Notes: generated from the letters alone by a model not told the origin. Positions 10,027 through 19,402 are shown, numbered from the stretch's first letter. The stretch: 43,126 bases of DNA from an uncultured Bacilli bacterium (GCA_944358735.1 CALVRT010000062.1:1-43126); one strand, 5' to 3'. Numbers and translations: made by a program.

Positions 10027-10809
10027 TTAGCCTAAAGCTACATCTAAAACCATCATTAAAACAAAGCCAAAGGCCACCCCAATTGTTCCAATATTAGAAT
10101 GTTTACCAGCCTGGGCTTCGGGGATAAGTTCTTCCGTTACTACATAAATCATTGCCCCAGCTGCAAACGCTAATAAATAAGGTAAAATAGGAACAACTAA
10201 ACTAGTCAGCATTATAGTTATAACCGCGGCTACGGGTTCAACAATACCGGATAAAGTACCATAAGCAAATGATTTTGATTTACTTGCTCCCGCACTCCTA
10301 AGTGGCATAGAAATAATCGCCCCTTCAGGAAAGTTTTGAATCGCAATACCAATTGTTAAAGCTAAAGCCGCCGCCACACTGATTTCTGTATTTCCGGTCA
10401 GTAACCCAGCAAACACTGTTCCAACAGCCATCCCTTCAGGAATATTATGGAGGGTTACAGCGAGTGTTAACATTGTCGTCTTTTTCAAGCTTTTTTTCGG
10501 ACCTTCCGGTTCTTCGCTATTAAGATGAAGATGTGGGATAATGTTATCAAGTAGAAGTAAAAAACCAATACCAAGCAAAAAGCCAACAGCCGCGGGTAAC
10601 CATTTTATCGCACTAGTTGTCATATCAAGTGCGGGAATTAATAATGACCAGACTGAAGCGGCAATCATTACGCCAGAAGCAAAACCTAACAATAATTTTT
10701 GAACTTTATGGTTAATTTCTTTTTTCAAGAAAAAACTCATAGATGCCCCTAAAGTAGTCCCAACAAAAGGTATTAACAAACCAATTATAACTGCATTAAT
10801 GTTTTCCAT
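10027..10809 (-). CDS. ZIP (GufA/ZupT) family metal transporter
   Basis: Motifs HNIPEG and QNFPEG; multiple TM helices. Confidence 0.93.
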   Translation of the reverse strand: MENINAVIIGLLIPFVGTTLGASMSFFLKKEINHKVQKLLLGFASGVMIAASVWSLLIPALDMTTSAIKWLPAAVGFLLGIGFLLLLDNIIPHLHLNSEEPEGPKKSLKKTTMLTLAVTLHNIPEGMAVGTVFAGLLTGNTEISVAAALALTIGIAIQNFPEGAIISMPLRSAGASKSKSFAYGTLSGIVEPVAAVITIMLTSLVVPILPYLLAFAAGAMIYVVTEELIPEAQAGKHSNIGTIGVAFGFVLMMVLDVALG

Positions 10810-11110
10810 TTTTCTCTCCTTCTATAAGTTCTTTTATATGTTCTGTTCCATATTTTAAAATAATGGCAATATGTTCATCGCTAATTTGATAATTAACATT
10901 TCTTGAAGTTTTATTTGTTTTTACCACATTTAAGGTGCGCAGGGTTGAAAGCTGATGAGAAACGGCTGACTGGCTAATACCAATAGCTTCAGCTATTTCT
11001 TTAACACATTTCTCCCCTTCTAGCAATTGCTTTAATATTTTTAATCTCGTTGGGTCACCAAATAATTTAAAAAATTCACTTAAACTAATTAAAAATTTAT
11101 CATTATGCAT
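10796..11110 (-). CDS. ArsR/SmtB family metal-sensing repressor (alpha5 type)
   Basis: FKLFGDPTRLKIL, SQSAVSHQL, and the alpha5 site D-x-H-x10-H-x2-E. Confidence 0.92.
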   Translation of the reverse strand: MHNDKFLISLSEFFKLFGDPTRLKILKQLLEGEKCVKEIAEAIGISQSAVSHQLSTLRTLNVVKTNKTSRNVNYQISDEHIAIILKYGTEHIKELIEGEKNGKH

Positions 11111-11121
11111 ATTTTTTCTCC

Positions 11122-11145
11122 TTATATGAATATTTGTTCATATAA
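11122..11145. promoter_or_regulatory. SmtB/CzrA-type operator
   Basis: Inverted repeat TTATATGAA-N6-TTCATATAA (minus-strand core TGAACAAATATTCA) immediately upstream of the repressor RBS. Confidence 0.85.
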
Positions 11146-11251
11146 TAGTGTATGCTAAAAAAGGAGATATGTCAATTTAATTTGATTTTTTTTCGTTTAT
11201 TGTTGATTTTTTAACGTAAATAATAGATAATAAAAAAAGGAGGAATTTTAT

Positions 11252-12901
11252 ATGACAAGAGAAGAATATGCTAATATACTTTTGCCCGGTGTTAAACATA
11301 CGTGGCAAGAATATGAAGAAATGTATCCGGAAAGAAATTTAAAGGAAGGAGCTATTGTTAGTAGATATGCTCCAAGCCCAACTGGTTTTGTCCATATAGG
11401 CGCGCTTTTAACTACTTTTATAAACTATAAAATGGCAAGGCAAACTGATGGTGTATTTTATTTGCGGGTTGAAGATACGGACCAAAAAAGAAGTATCGAT
11501 GATGGCATTAATAGAATTATCGAAGACCTAGCTAAATTCGATATCAAGTTTGATGAAGGAGTTACTAAAGCTGGCGATAAAGGAAGTTATGGCCCTTATA
11601 CCCAAAGTGAGAGAAAAGATATTTACTGGGCTTTTGCTAAAAAATTAATTGCCGAAGATAAAGCCTACCCTTGTTTCTGCACTGAAGAGGAAAATAAAAA
11701 TGACAGAGCTGTTCAAGAGAAAAATGGTGAACGTCTTGGATATTACGGTAAGTGGGCCAAATGCCGAAATTTAAGTATGGAAGAAGTTTTAGAAAAAATT
11801 AATAATGGTGAAAAGTATATTATTCGTTTAAAATCTAATGGTGATTTTAACAAAAAGTTTACTTTTAAAGACTGTATTAAAGGTAAAGTAGAATTTCCTG
11901 AAAGTGATGAGGACATTGTTATTATTAAATCAGATGGCCTTCCTACTTATCATTTTGCCCACGCCGTTGATGACCATTTAATGCGTACTACCCACGTTAT
12001 TCGTGGTGAGGAGTGGTTTTCTAGTATTCCTAAACATACGCAGTTATTTGTGATGCTTGGTTTTAAGGTTCCAAAATATGCTCACATTTCTCCTTTAATG
12101 ATTGAAGATAACGGGACAAGAAGAAAAATCAGTAAAAGAAAAGACCCTGAAGCTGCTATTAGTTATTATCACGAAAAAGGTATTCCTAATAAAGCGATTA
12201 TGCTTTATTTAGAAACCGTTGCCAATTCAAACTTTGAAATGTGGATGGAACAAAACAAGGATAAAAGCACTGATGAATTTATTTTAGACTTTAAGAAAAT
12301 GAGTACTGGTGGAACGATGTTTGATTATGATAAATTAATCAATATTTCTAAAAATTATATCAGCCGGTTAAGGGCGAGTGAAATTTATGATTTAGCTTTA
12401 GAACACGCCAAAACTTATAATGAGAAGTTTGCTAAAATATTAGAAAAATACAAAGACTACAGCACTAAAGTTTTTAATATTGAAAGAGAACAAAAGAAAC
12501 CTCGTAAAGATATTGCCTACTTTAGCGATACTGAAAATCAAACTTGGTATATGTATGAAGAACTATTTACCCCTACTTCTTATGAGTGGCAAAATATAAA
12601 TGATAAAAAAGAAATAGAATTAATATTAAATACTTATGTTAATGACTACTATAATATTAACGATGACAAACAAACTTGGTTTGATAAAATGAAGAAAATG
12701 AGTGAGAGTTTAGGATACGCGGGTGATATGAAAGCTTACAAAGCAAATCCTGATAATTACAAAGGTAATATTGCTGATGTAAGTATGGTTATTAGAGTGG
12801 CTTTAACAAGTAAGTCTATGACTCCTGATTTATATGAAATAATGAAACTACTTGGAACTGAAAATATTCAAAAAAGAATAAAAAAGGCTTTACAAGCATA
12901 A
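11252..12901 (+). CDS. gltX: glutamate--tRNA ligase
   Basis: RYAPSPTGFVHIG, LRVEDTD, THVIRGEEW, KISKR. Confidence 0.96.
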   Translation: MTREEYANILLPGVKHTWQEYEEMYPERNLKEGAIVSRYAPSPTGFVHIGALLTTFINYKMARQTDGVFYLRVEDTDQKRSIDDGINRIIEDLAKFDIKFDEGVTKAGDKGSYGPYTQSERKDIYWAFAKKLIAEDKAYPCFCTEEENKNDRAVQEKNGERLGYYGKWAKCRNLSMEEVLEKINNGEKYIIRLKSNGDFNKKFTFKDCIKGKVEFPESDEDIVIIKSDGLPTYHFAHAVDDHLMRTTHVIRGEEWFSSIPKHTQLFVMLGFKVPKYAHISPLMIEDNGTRRKISKRKDPEAAISYYHEKGIPNKAIMLYLETVANSNFEMWMEQNKDKSTDEFILDFKKMSTGGTMFDYDKLINISKNYISRLRASEIYDLALEHAKTYNEKFAKILEKYKDYSTKVFNIEREQKKPRKDIAYFSDTENQTWYMYEELFTPTSYEWQNINDKKEIELILNTYVNDYYNINDDKQTWFDKMKKMSESLGYAGDMKAYKANPDNYKGNIADVSMVIRVALTSKSMTPDLYEIMKLLGTENIQKRIKKALQA

Positions 12902-12941
12902 AAATTTATTATATAATGAAAAAGAACTTTTAGTTCTTTAT

Positions 12942-13016
12942 GCAGGTGTAGTACAACGGTTAGTATATGGCCTTGCCAAGGCTAAGATGCCGGTTCGATT
13001 CCGGTCACTTGCTCCA
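12942..13016 (+). tRNA. tRNA-Gly(GCC)
   Basis: Cloverleaf with acceptor GCAGGTG/CACTTGC, anticodon loop TT-GCC-AA, T-loop TTCGATT, encoded CCA. Confidence 0.96.
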
Positions 13017-13026
13017 TTATGAAATT

Positions 13027-13055
13027 AACCCTTGAAAAATCAAGGGTTTTTGTAT
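13027..13055 (+). terminator. hairpin downstream of tRNA-Gly
   Basis: AACCCTTGA-AAAA-TCAAGGGTT followed by T-tract. Confidence 0.75.
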
Positions 13056-13068
13056 ACTAAAATGTAAT

Positions 13069-13090
13069 TAGGTACATATTAGGTACATAT
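13069..13090. repeat. 11-bp tandem repeat x2 (possible integrase arm-type sites)
   Basis: TAGGTACATAT TAGGTACATAT followed by degenerate CAGGTG. Confidence 0.7.
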
Positions 13091-13126
13091 CAGGTGTTAG
13101 GTGCAATTTCACCTCTTAATTACCTC

Positions 13127-13923
13127 TTATTTCAAATATTTTATATCAGTTTTATTAAGTATTTGCATTTGCGAAATGGCAATTTTATTTAGTCTCTCAA
13201 GCCTTTCTGATTGCTTTAATCCATCATTAATAAAAACAGAATTTAAATTTTCTAAATTTGCTAAACAAATTAACTCATTAATAGTAGCATAATCTCTTAT
13301 ATTTCCATCTTTATTTATATTTTTTGATCTCCATTCTTTTGCTGTCATACCAAATAAAGCCATATTTAAGACATCTGCTTCTGCTGCATATATACGATTT
13401 ATTTGTTCTTTAGTTAATTTTATAGGTATTAAATTTTGTTTAATGGCATCAGTATGTATTCTATAATTTATTTTAGACAGTTCTCTTTTTGCATTCCAAC
13501 CTAATTGTTTTTGCTCCTCTGGTTTTAATCTTTCAAATTCTTTGATTAAAAGTAATTTAAATTTTGGGCTAATCCACATTCCAAATTCAAAAGCGATATC
13601 TTTATGAGCATAAGTTCCACCATATCTTCCTGCTTTTGATATTAAACCAATAGCATTTGTCTTTTTTACCCATTCTTTAACACTAATTTTATAACTATTT
13701 AATCCTGTTTGACTTTTAATTATGGCGAATTCGCCATAATTAAAATTAGGGTTATGTATTTCTTCCCATATTCCTAAAAATTCAATAGTATTTCTATTTC
13801 TGAGCCAATCAGATACAAAGAAATCACCATCTTTAGATTTAAGCATATCTGTAATTGATATATAATCTTCATCATTTATCTTAAAATACGAATTTTTTGA
13901 TCTAATACTGTTAGTTCGGCCAT
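13127..13923 (-). pseudogene. KilA-N domain DNA-binding protein, frameshifted near the 5' end
   Basis: SD plus ATG at 13923 gives MAELTVLDQKIRIL; a 1-nt loss near 13882 disconnects it from INDEDYISITDMLKSKDG. Motifs WLRNRNTIEFLGIWE and GRYGGTYAHKDIAFEF. Confidence 0.85.
13714..13745. repeat. perfect 32-bp palindrome inside the KilA-N coding sequence
   Basis: TTTTAATTATGGCGAATTCGCCATAATTAAAA equals its own reverse complement. Confidence 0.95.
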
Positions 13924-14228
13924 TATATCTCCTTTATCAATAATTAATATATTTTATTTTTCCTTATTTTTTATAAGGTAAATATCTTTAACTTATAAGT
14001 CATCTTTAACAAACAATCTTAGAATATTACATGCTTCAGCTTCATCATGTTCTACTTTTAGTATAGAAATTTCTTCTTTTAGTTTTTCACATTTGAAGAA
14101 TGCAAGTTTACCAATGGCATGATTCCATTTTCAGAAATTTAAACTAAAATTAGGATTATTATACTATAAAATTTAAAAAATATCCATATTATTATTAAAA
14201 TTAATAACAAAAAAACTAGCAAATAATA

Positions 14229-15341
14229 CTATCCGCTAGTTTTAATATTATCAATTTTTTCTAAAAAGCAATTTAAACCTGTATACCAATTAAACATGCC
14301 TAACTTTTTACTAGCATATATCTGATATTCTTCATTTGTATAATTTTTATTATTAGTTTTCCACCTGTTTAATACCCTATCATAACAAGTTTCAACACTT
14401 GTTCTCATTACAATTATTTTCCCTTTTAAAATAGAATAATCTTTTATATTTCGGTACTGCGCCGAATCAATAACGATAATTTTATTAGTGGTTTTAAAAT
14501 ATTCTAATATTTTTATATAAAATTCATCAAAATTAGTAAATAAATAATCTTTAGGTTTATCATTAAATATATTTCTTAACTCCACACTCTCTTTATTATC
14601 AGATAATCCATTACTAAATACAATATCAGTATCAATTACTACATAATTATCATCATTTAAATATTTATTACTAAAATATGACTTACCACTACCAGATTCT
14701 CCAGTTAAATTTATTACTTTATCACCAGTAATATCTCTTATGTAAGGCTCTTTATCTATAAATCTACTTATTAACAAATCAGATTTAATTTCATTTAAAT
14801 ACTGCATAACTTCATCATATACTTCCGTACCATTTTTAACAGCATCACTACTTTTATATGAAGTAACAAAATCATTTATTTCACTTAAAACAATATCTAT
14901 ATTATCCCTATTCACTTTATCTTTAATAATTTTTATGCATGTATTCCTATAACCCATAATTGCGCAACCAATTAAAGCTTTATAATAAGATTTTTCTGGT
15001 AAATTAGATTTTAAATATAAATTCATAGCAATATCATCAGTTACAGTTCTTGGATTATGAAGTATTATTTTATTACTTCTAAATACTCCATCAGGAGTAG
15101 ATTCACTAGAACAGTTAACAACTTCTGCATCTTTTGGAATTTCTACATCATATAAGGTATCACCACGAATTAGCCATCTTAATATTTTATCTTCTGTACT
15201 AAAGTTAAATCCGCCCATATCCCTAGGATTTATTGCCTTAGGATTCCACTTATCAGCAACATTAATTTCATCTACTTTATAATGTACATCACTATTAGCG
15301 CCTGAAGTAGTATCAAACATTACTTTAACATATTTACTCAT
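14229..15341 (-). CDS. unknown N-terminal domain fused to a P-loop nucleotide-kinase-like domain
   Basis: Walker A GESGSGKS, VIDTD, IVIDS, ETCYDRVLNR; N-domain GGFNFST...LYDVEIP...FRSNKIIL. Confidence 0.75.
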   Translation of the reverse strand: MSKYVKVMFDTTSGANSDVHYKVDEINVADKWNPKAINPRDMGGFNFSTEDKILRWLIRGDTLYDVEIPKDAEVVNCSSESTPDGVFRSNKIILHNPRTVTDDIAMNLYLKSNLPEKSYYKALIGCAIMGYRNTCIKIIKDKVNRDNIDIVLSEINDFVTSYKSSDAVKNGTEVYDEVMQYLNEIKSDLLISRFIDKEPYIRDITGDKVINLTGESGSGKSYFSNKYLNDDNYVVIDTDIVFSNGLSDNKESVELRNIFNDKPKDYLFTNFDEFYIKILEYFKTTNKIIVIDSAQYRNIKDYSILKGKIIVMRTSVETCYDRVLNRWKTNNKNYTNEEYQIYASKKLGMFNWYTGLNCFLEKIDNIKTSG

Positions 15342-15394
15342 ATTTTTATCCTTTCAAAATTATATTTATTTCATACAATTAACCATTACCAAAA

Positions 15395-15541
15395 TTAATA
15401 GTTTTTAGTGTTTACACAATAACAAATCGCTATTACTATATCTTGATTATATATTTTAGATTTCCATGCGTCAAGACTTATGTCGGAAATTCCGACCGAA
15501 GTTCATTCCTTAAGTTCACTATCATTTAATATGTTATCTAT
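15395..15541 (-). pseudogene. relic of a RhuM-family gene
   Basis: Translates IDNILNDSELKE*TSVGISDISLDAWKSKIYNQDIVIAICYCVNTK, matching the RhuM pattern NI..EL...YNLD.II.VGYRV.S as recalled from memory. Confidence 0.6.
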
Positions 15542-15545
15542 TTAA

Positions 15546-15640
15546 CCTTTTTTCTTTATAAAAGTTTAACAATTTAATATAATAAGACCAACTAAATTGT
15601 GTCACCACTAGTGTCGCAATTAAAAAATTTACTTTCCTTC
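15546..15640 (-). pseudogene. relic of a YhcG/DUF1016 gene
   Basis: Translates IATLVVTQFSWSYYIKLLNFY versus IATTVSSQLSWSHYVELI in the yhcG at 24 kb; 29/36 nt identity of 15586-15621 to 24025-24060. Confidence 0.75.
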
Positions 15641-15702
15641 AAAAAATATTGCCATTAAATATCAAATATGAGACAATTAATTTATATCAAGGAGGATAAG
15701 GC

Positions 15703-16233
15703 ATGGAAAATTATATTTGTAAAATAGCCACTTTAGAAGAAATTATCAAAAAATGCGACTATGAAATTAAAAGCCATCCAGGAAATGAAATGTGGAATGT
15801 TTTTAAAAAGCGAGCTATCGAAAAATTTAAAGAAAGAACTGCTATCACTTATATAGGAATATTAAATGACAAAATTATATGTGAAGCAACAGCTTATATA
15901 AATATCAAGGCATTTGAAGGTGATATTAGTAATCCGGATGGCTTATTATCTGAAGAAATGGTTTATTTATCTGGTTTTAGAACAAACAAAGAATACGAGG
16001 GTAATGGATATTTTTCAAAGTTATTTAAATTTATGGAAAAAGATTTAAAAGAAAAAGGTTATAACAAAATGTGTTTAGGTGTAGAACCAAATGAAATCAG
16101 AAATATACAAATATATTTTAAATTTGGATTTACGAACTATATAAAAACAACTATTGAACGTTTACCCGCCAAAAATAAAGAATCAAACCCTGAAGAAGTA
16201 ATAATAAATTTTTATTACAAAAATATAGATTGA
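15703..16233 (+). CDS. GNAT family N-acetyltransferase
   Basis: FRTNKEYEGNGYFSKL acetyl-CoA motif, LGVE..N..IYFKFGF; strong SD. Confidence 0.88.
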   Translation: MENYICKIATLEEIIKKCDYEIKSHPGNEMWNVFKKRAIEKFKERTAITYIGILNDKIICEATAYINIKAFEGDISNPDGLLSEEMVYLSGFRTNKEYEGNGYFSKLFKFMEKDLKEKGYNKMCLGVEPNEIRNIQIYFKFGFTNYIKTTIERLPAKNKESNPEEVIINFYYKNID

Positions 16234-16246
16234 TTTCTTTTCTTAA

Positions 16247-16283
16247 AAAATAACACCGTCGAAAAAATCTACGGTGTTATTTT
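16247..16283. terminator. bidirectional terminator
   Basis: AAAATAACACCGT...ACGGTGTTATTTT. Confidence 0.75.
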
Positions 16284-16560
16284 CATTAAATCAATCAAAT
16301 TAATATTATAAATTATTTTTAATTACTAACTTTAATATTTACACCATCAACATTTTTATAAATACGTTTGGCGTTTTTTTCTAATAAAATGAATCAAATA
16401 GAGAAAAAATATATTTTAATTATTTTGTATTTTTCATACCACCATACACTAATCATTACTTAGGTTGCTATATTTTAATTTTCCTAATATATCAGAGATA
16501 CCGATACGGTAAGCCACATACCACGGCCAGTACTAAAAAAAGATGATTTATCAATCAAAA

Positions 16561-18705
16561 TCATCTTTTTCTTGCACTTAAGTTTTCGTCGTCAAATGCA
16601 AGTTCACCAGCATAACTCATTGTATATAAAGGCTCTGGTTTTTGCGTTGGCTGATTAATACCTAATGATTGTAAGAATAGTTTATTAATCATTTCAGTTT
16701 GATATGGCGACCTAAACAAATTAACAATTATTTCTCTATTATATTTATAACTATTATTATTTTCAATATTTCTTAACAAATCAACGGTATCTATAACACC
16801 TTTATCCCGGCATGAAGTTAATAATTCTTTACAAATTGTGTTATATAATTCTTCTGCTAATTCATTAAAAGCATAGTTTTCTCCTGGCCTTGCTTCATCT
16901 TCAAAGTATTTTAATCCCGCAGAAGTAAGCCATATATTGGCAAATATCGCTTTATCGATAATAGATGGGCCTGTTTGAATTTGACCGGTTTTAATATCTC
17001 TCACCTTAATTTTAGATGCATCTGATTCAAATGAATCTTTTGAATCCATGAATATTTCATATGTTGACGCTAAAGACTTTAATTCACTGAAATTTGGAAT
17101 CTGAATTGTAGGCTTCGTTTGCTTATTTTGTCTATTTAGTGAATCAATATCAACTTTTCTAGATGTTCCAAAAAATTTAACTAAATCAGGATTATAGGTT
17201 CTTATACCATTTGCATCGTAATAACCTATGTATCCGCCTGTCTCATCAACCTTTCTATCAAGTCTTTCACGACTTAAATAATCATCGACCATACTTTGTC
17301 TAGTATCTTTAAAAAAATTTCTTTCAGTAAATACAGAATTTCTTTTTAAAACATCTTTACCATTTTCATTAACCATTTCAAATATATCATATCTCATAAC
17401 ATCAATATCTTTTGCTTTGCGCGGAGCATCAAACATTTGCTGCGCTATAAATACACTTCCATCGCTTCTTGTAAATCTTTTTGTTGGATATACAAATAAA
17501 TTCCTTTTTTCTTCCGGTTTGGATATTTCTTGATATGAGGATACTAATTCCAACTTGTTTCCAACTTCACTTTTTCTAACCTTACCAATATAGTAAGTTT
17601 TCTTTGCTATTGAATCAGCAATATTTTCTTTTGAAAACAAAATATTATCAATAGTTTCTTCATAATTAGGTGGAATAGGTTTTCCAAAATTTTTACAATC
17701 AACTAAATGAGTAACGTTTGTATCGCTATATAGTATTAATGGTAATTGCTTTGTACCATCTTTTGAAATTTCAACATAATAATATCTATAATAATTTGTA
17801 TTATTAATTGTATTGTCACCGATTTGAGCAACTATAAATCTCGAACCATCTTTTCGCGTTCCATAATAAGTAGTTGAACGATAATCTCTTGCTCTTCCTA
17901 TCCCCGTTTGTGAATATATTTGTTTTACCAGTTGGGGTTCGATTTGCGATAATGTATGTTCATAATCTTGAGTTCTTTCACCTGGTGCAGGATGATGCTT
18001 TCTACTAAATGTCGAAATATCTTTTCCTAACCAATCAAAACTCTTCGATTTACCAGAACTAAATATATTATTATCCCAAGTTAAATCAATAGGATATTTT
18101 TTATCATCAATATTTACTATATTCCATGCATGACCACCAGTCCCATCAGATTTTGTATATCCTTCCACATATTCACAATTTATACCATTTCTATCCATAA
18201 ACTCTTTTAATATCATTGCATATCCAGCACATACTGTTTGTTTGGTAATCAAACCTCTTAAACTTCTAATTTCGCTTGAAAGTTTATGCTCAAATTTCGG
18301 ATCATACATTATACCTGTTTTTAATCTATCATACACATAAAGTAATTTTTGAATATCTGACCAATTTCTATTTAAACCAGATTCAATCCTTTCGATTTCT
18401 TCTAATATTTTAATTGTTTCATTTCTCGTATAAATAACTGCACTTGTATAATATTCACCGGTCTCCCCATTACTAAATCGAATATTACCACGTCTTCTTA
18501 TTCTATCCTCATCATATCCACCAGCAATTCTTATTGCTACATTTGAATCTAGTTGTCTTATCATAGATGAAGTTATTCCTTTAGTATTTTGTACTTCAAC
18601 CAATATTTTAGCATCAGGATATTGATTGCATACATTTTTTATATAATTAATATCAAAAGGTTCATTTAATTTAAATGTAATTTTATACTGATAATCATAT
18701 TTCAT
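16561..18705 (-). CDS. transglutaminase-like (papain-fold) domain protein with an internal duplicated domain
   Basis: Triad VCAGYA / HAWN / DLTWD; no signal peptide; start refined to ATG at 18705, overlapping the LRR gene end. Confidence 0.85.
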   Translation of the reverse strand: MKYDYQYKITFKLNEPFDINYIKNVCNQYPDAKILVEVQNTKGITSSMIRQLDSNVAIRIAGGYDEDRIRRRGNIRFSNGETGEYYTSAVIYTRNETIKILEEIERIESGLNRNWSDIQKLLYVYDRLKTGIMYDPKFEHKLSSEIRSLRGLITKQTVCAGYAMILKEFMDRNGINCEYVEGYTKSDGTGGHAWNIVNIDDKKYPIDLTWDNNIFSSGKSKSFDWLGKDISTFSRKHHPAPGERTQDYEHTLSQIEPQLVKQIYSQTGIGRARDYRSTTYYGTRKDGSRFIVAQIGDNTINNTNYYRYYYVEISKDGTKQLPLILYSDTNVTHLVDCKNFGKPIPPNYEETIDNILFSKENIADSIAKKTYYIGKVRKSEVGNKLELVSSYQEISKPEEKRNLFVYPTKRFTRSDGSVFIAQQMFDAPRKAKDIDVMRYDIFEMVNENGKDVLKRNSVFTERNFFKDTRQSMVDDYLSRERLDRKVDETGGYIGYYDANGIRTYNPDLVKFFGTSRKVDIDSLNRQNKQTKPTIQIPNFSELKSLASTYEIFMDSKDSFESDASKIKVRDIKTGQIQTGPSIIDKAIFANIWLTSAGLKYFEDEARPGENYAFNELAEELYNTICKELLTSCRDKGVIDTVDLLRNIENNNSYKYNREIIVNLFRSPYQTEMINKLFLQSLGINQPTQKPEPLYTMSYAGELAFDDENLSARKR

Positions 18706-19402
18706 TGTCTTCACCACAAAACTCAACCATATTTTCATTTAAAACTAAAATATTGTTTTTCATTAAATTATTAAATAATTCCTTATTGCTGTTATATTGT
18801 TTTTCATCTATGCTTATTCTTTTTAAATTTAATAAACTATTTAAAAAATCAAAATTAGAAATATTAGTATTATCTATATACAATTCTTCTAATGTATCAA
18901 TATTTAATCCAATGTTATCTATTATATTTGAATAAGATATTTGTAAATATTTTAAATGATTTAGCATATTCAACTTTTCAATTTTAATTCTTCCATTTAC
19001 AATTGATAACTCTTCTAAATTTTCAAGAACATTTACAAACGAATAATTCTCTATCTTACAATTTATTAAAGATAATGATTTAAGTTTAAATGAAGCTATT
19101 AAGTCAGCATTTTCAAACTCACAATTTTCAAATACAAATTCTGATAAATTGGTTAAATTCAAAAAAATATTATAATTATCATTAAATATATATCCGTTTC
19201 TTAATGTAATAGTTTTTAAGTTTTTAAGTTTTAATAGTTCTTCCAAAAAAACAAAACTACTATCTGTTTCATTATTATAATCAATAACTACTTCTGTTAT
19301 TTTATTTAATTCTTGCTCTGTAAATTCATTATCAAGTTTATCTAGCTTAAACATTATATAATTAGCCAAATTTTCATTTTCAATTTTAATTATAGTTTCC
19401 AT
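18695..19402 (-). CDS. leucine-rich repeat protein
   Basis: Repeated LxxLxxLxL motifs (LKNLKTITL, LENLEELSI, LNHLKYLQI, LLNLKRISI); ATG at 19402, alternative GTG at 19411. Confidence 0.85.
   Translation of the reverse strand: METIIKIENENLANYIMFKLDKLDNEFTEQELNKITEVVIDYNNETDSSFVFLEELLKLKNLKTITLRNGYIFNDNYNIFLNLTNLSEFVFENCEFENADLIASFKLKSLSLINCKIENYSFVNVLENLEELSIVNGRIKIEKLNMLNHLKYLQISYSNIIDNIGLNIDTLEELYIDNTNISNFDFLNSLLNLKRISIDEKQYNSNKELFNNLMKNNILVLNENMVEFCGEDNEI

Noticed and set aside
13001-13016. attR duplicate of the tRNA-Gly 3' end
   Set aside because: No second copy was found by eye in the window.
13993-14130. Minus-strand open stretch WNHAIGKLAFFKCEKLKEE...VKDDL*
   Set aside because: No start codon or SD and no recognisable family; probably a gene remnant but unsupported.
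16490-16540. GC-richer patch between the GNAT and transglutaminase genes
   Set aside because: No convincing hairpin, ncRNA motif or ORF.
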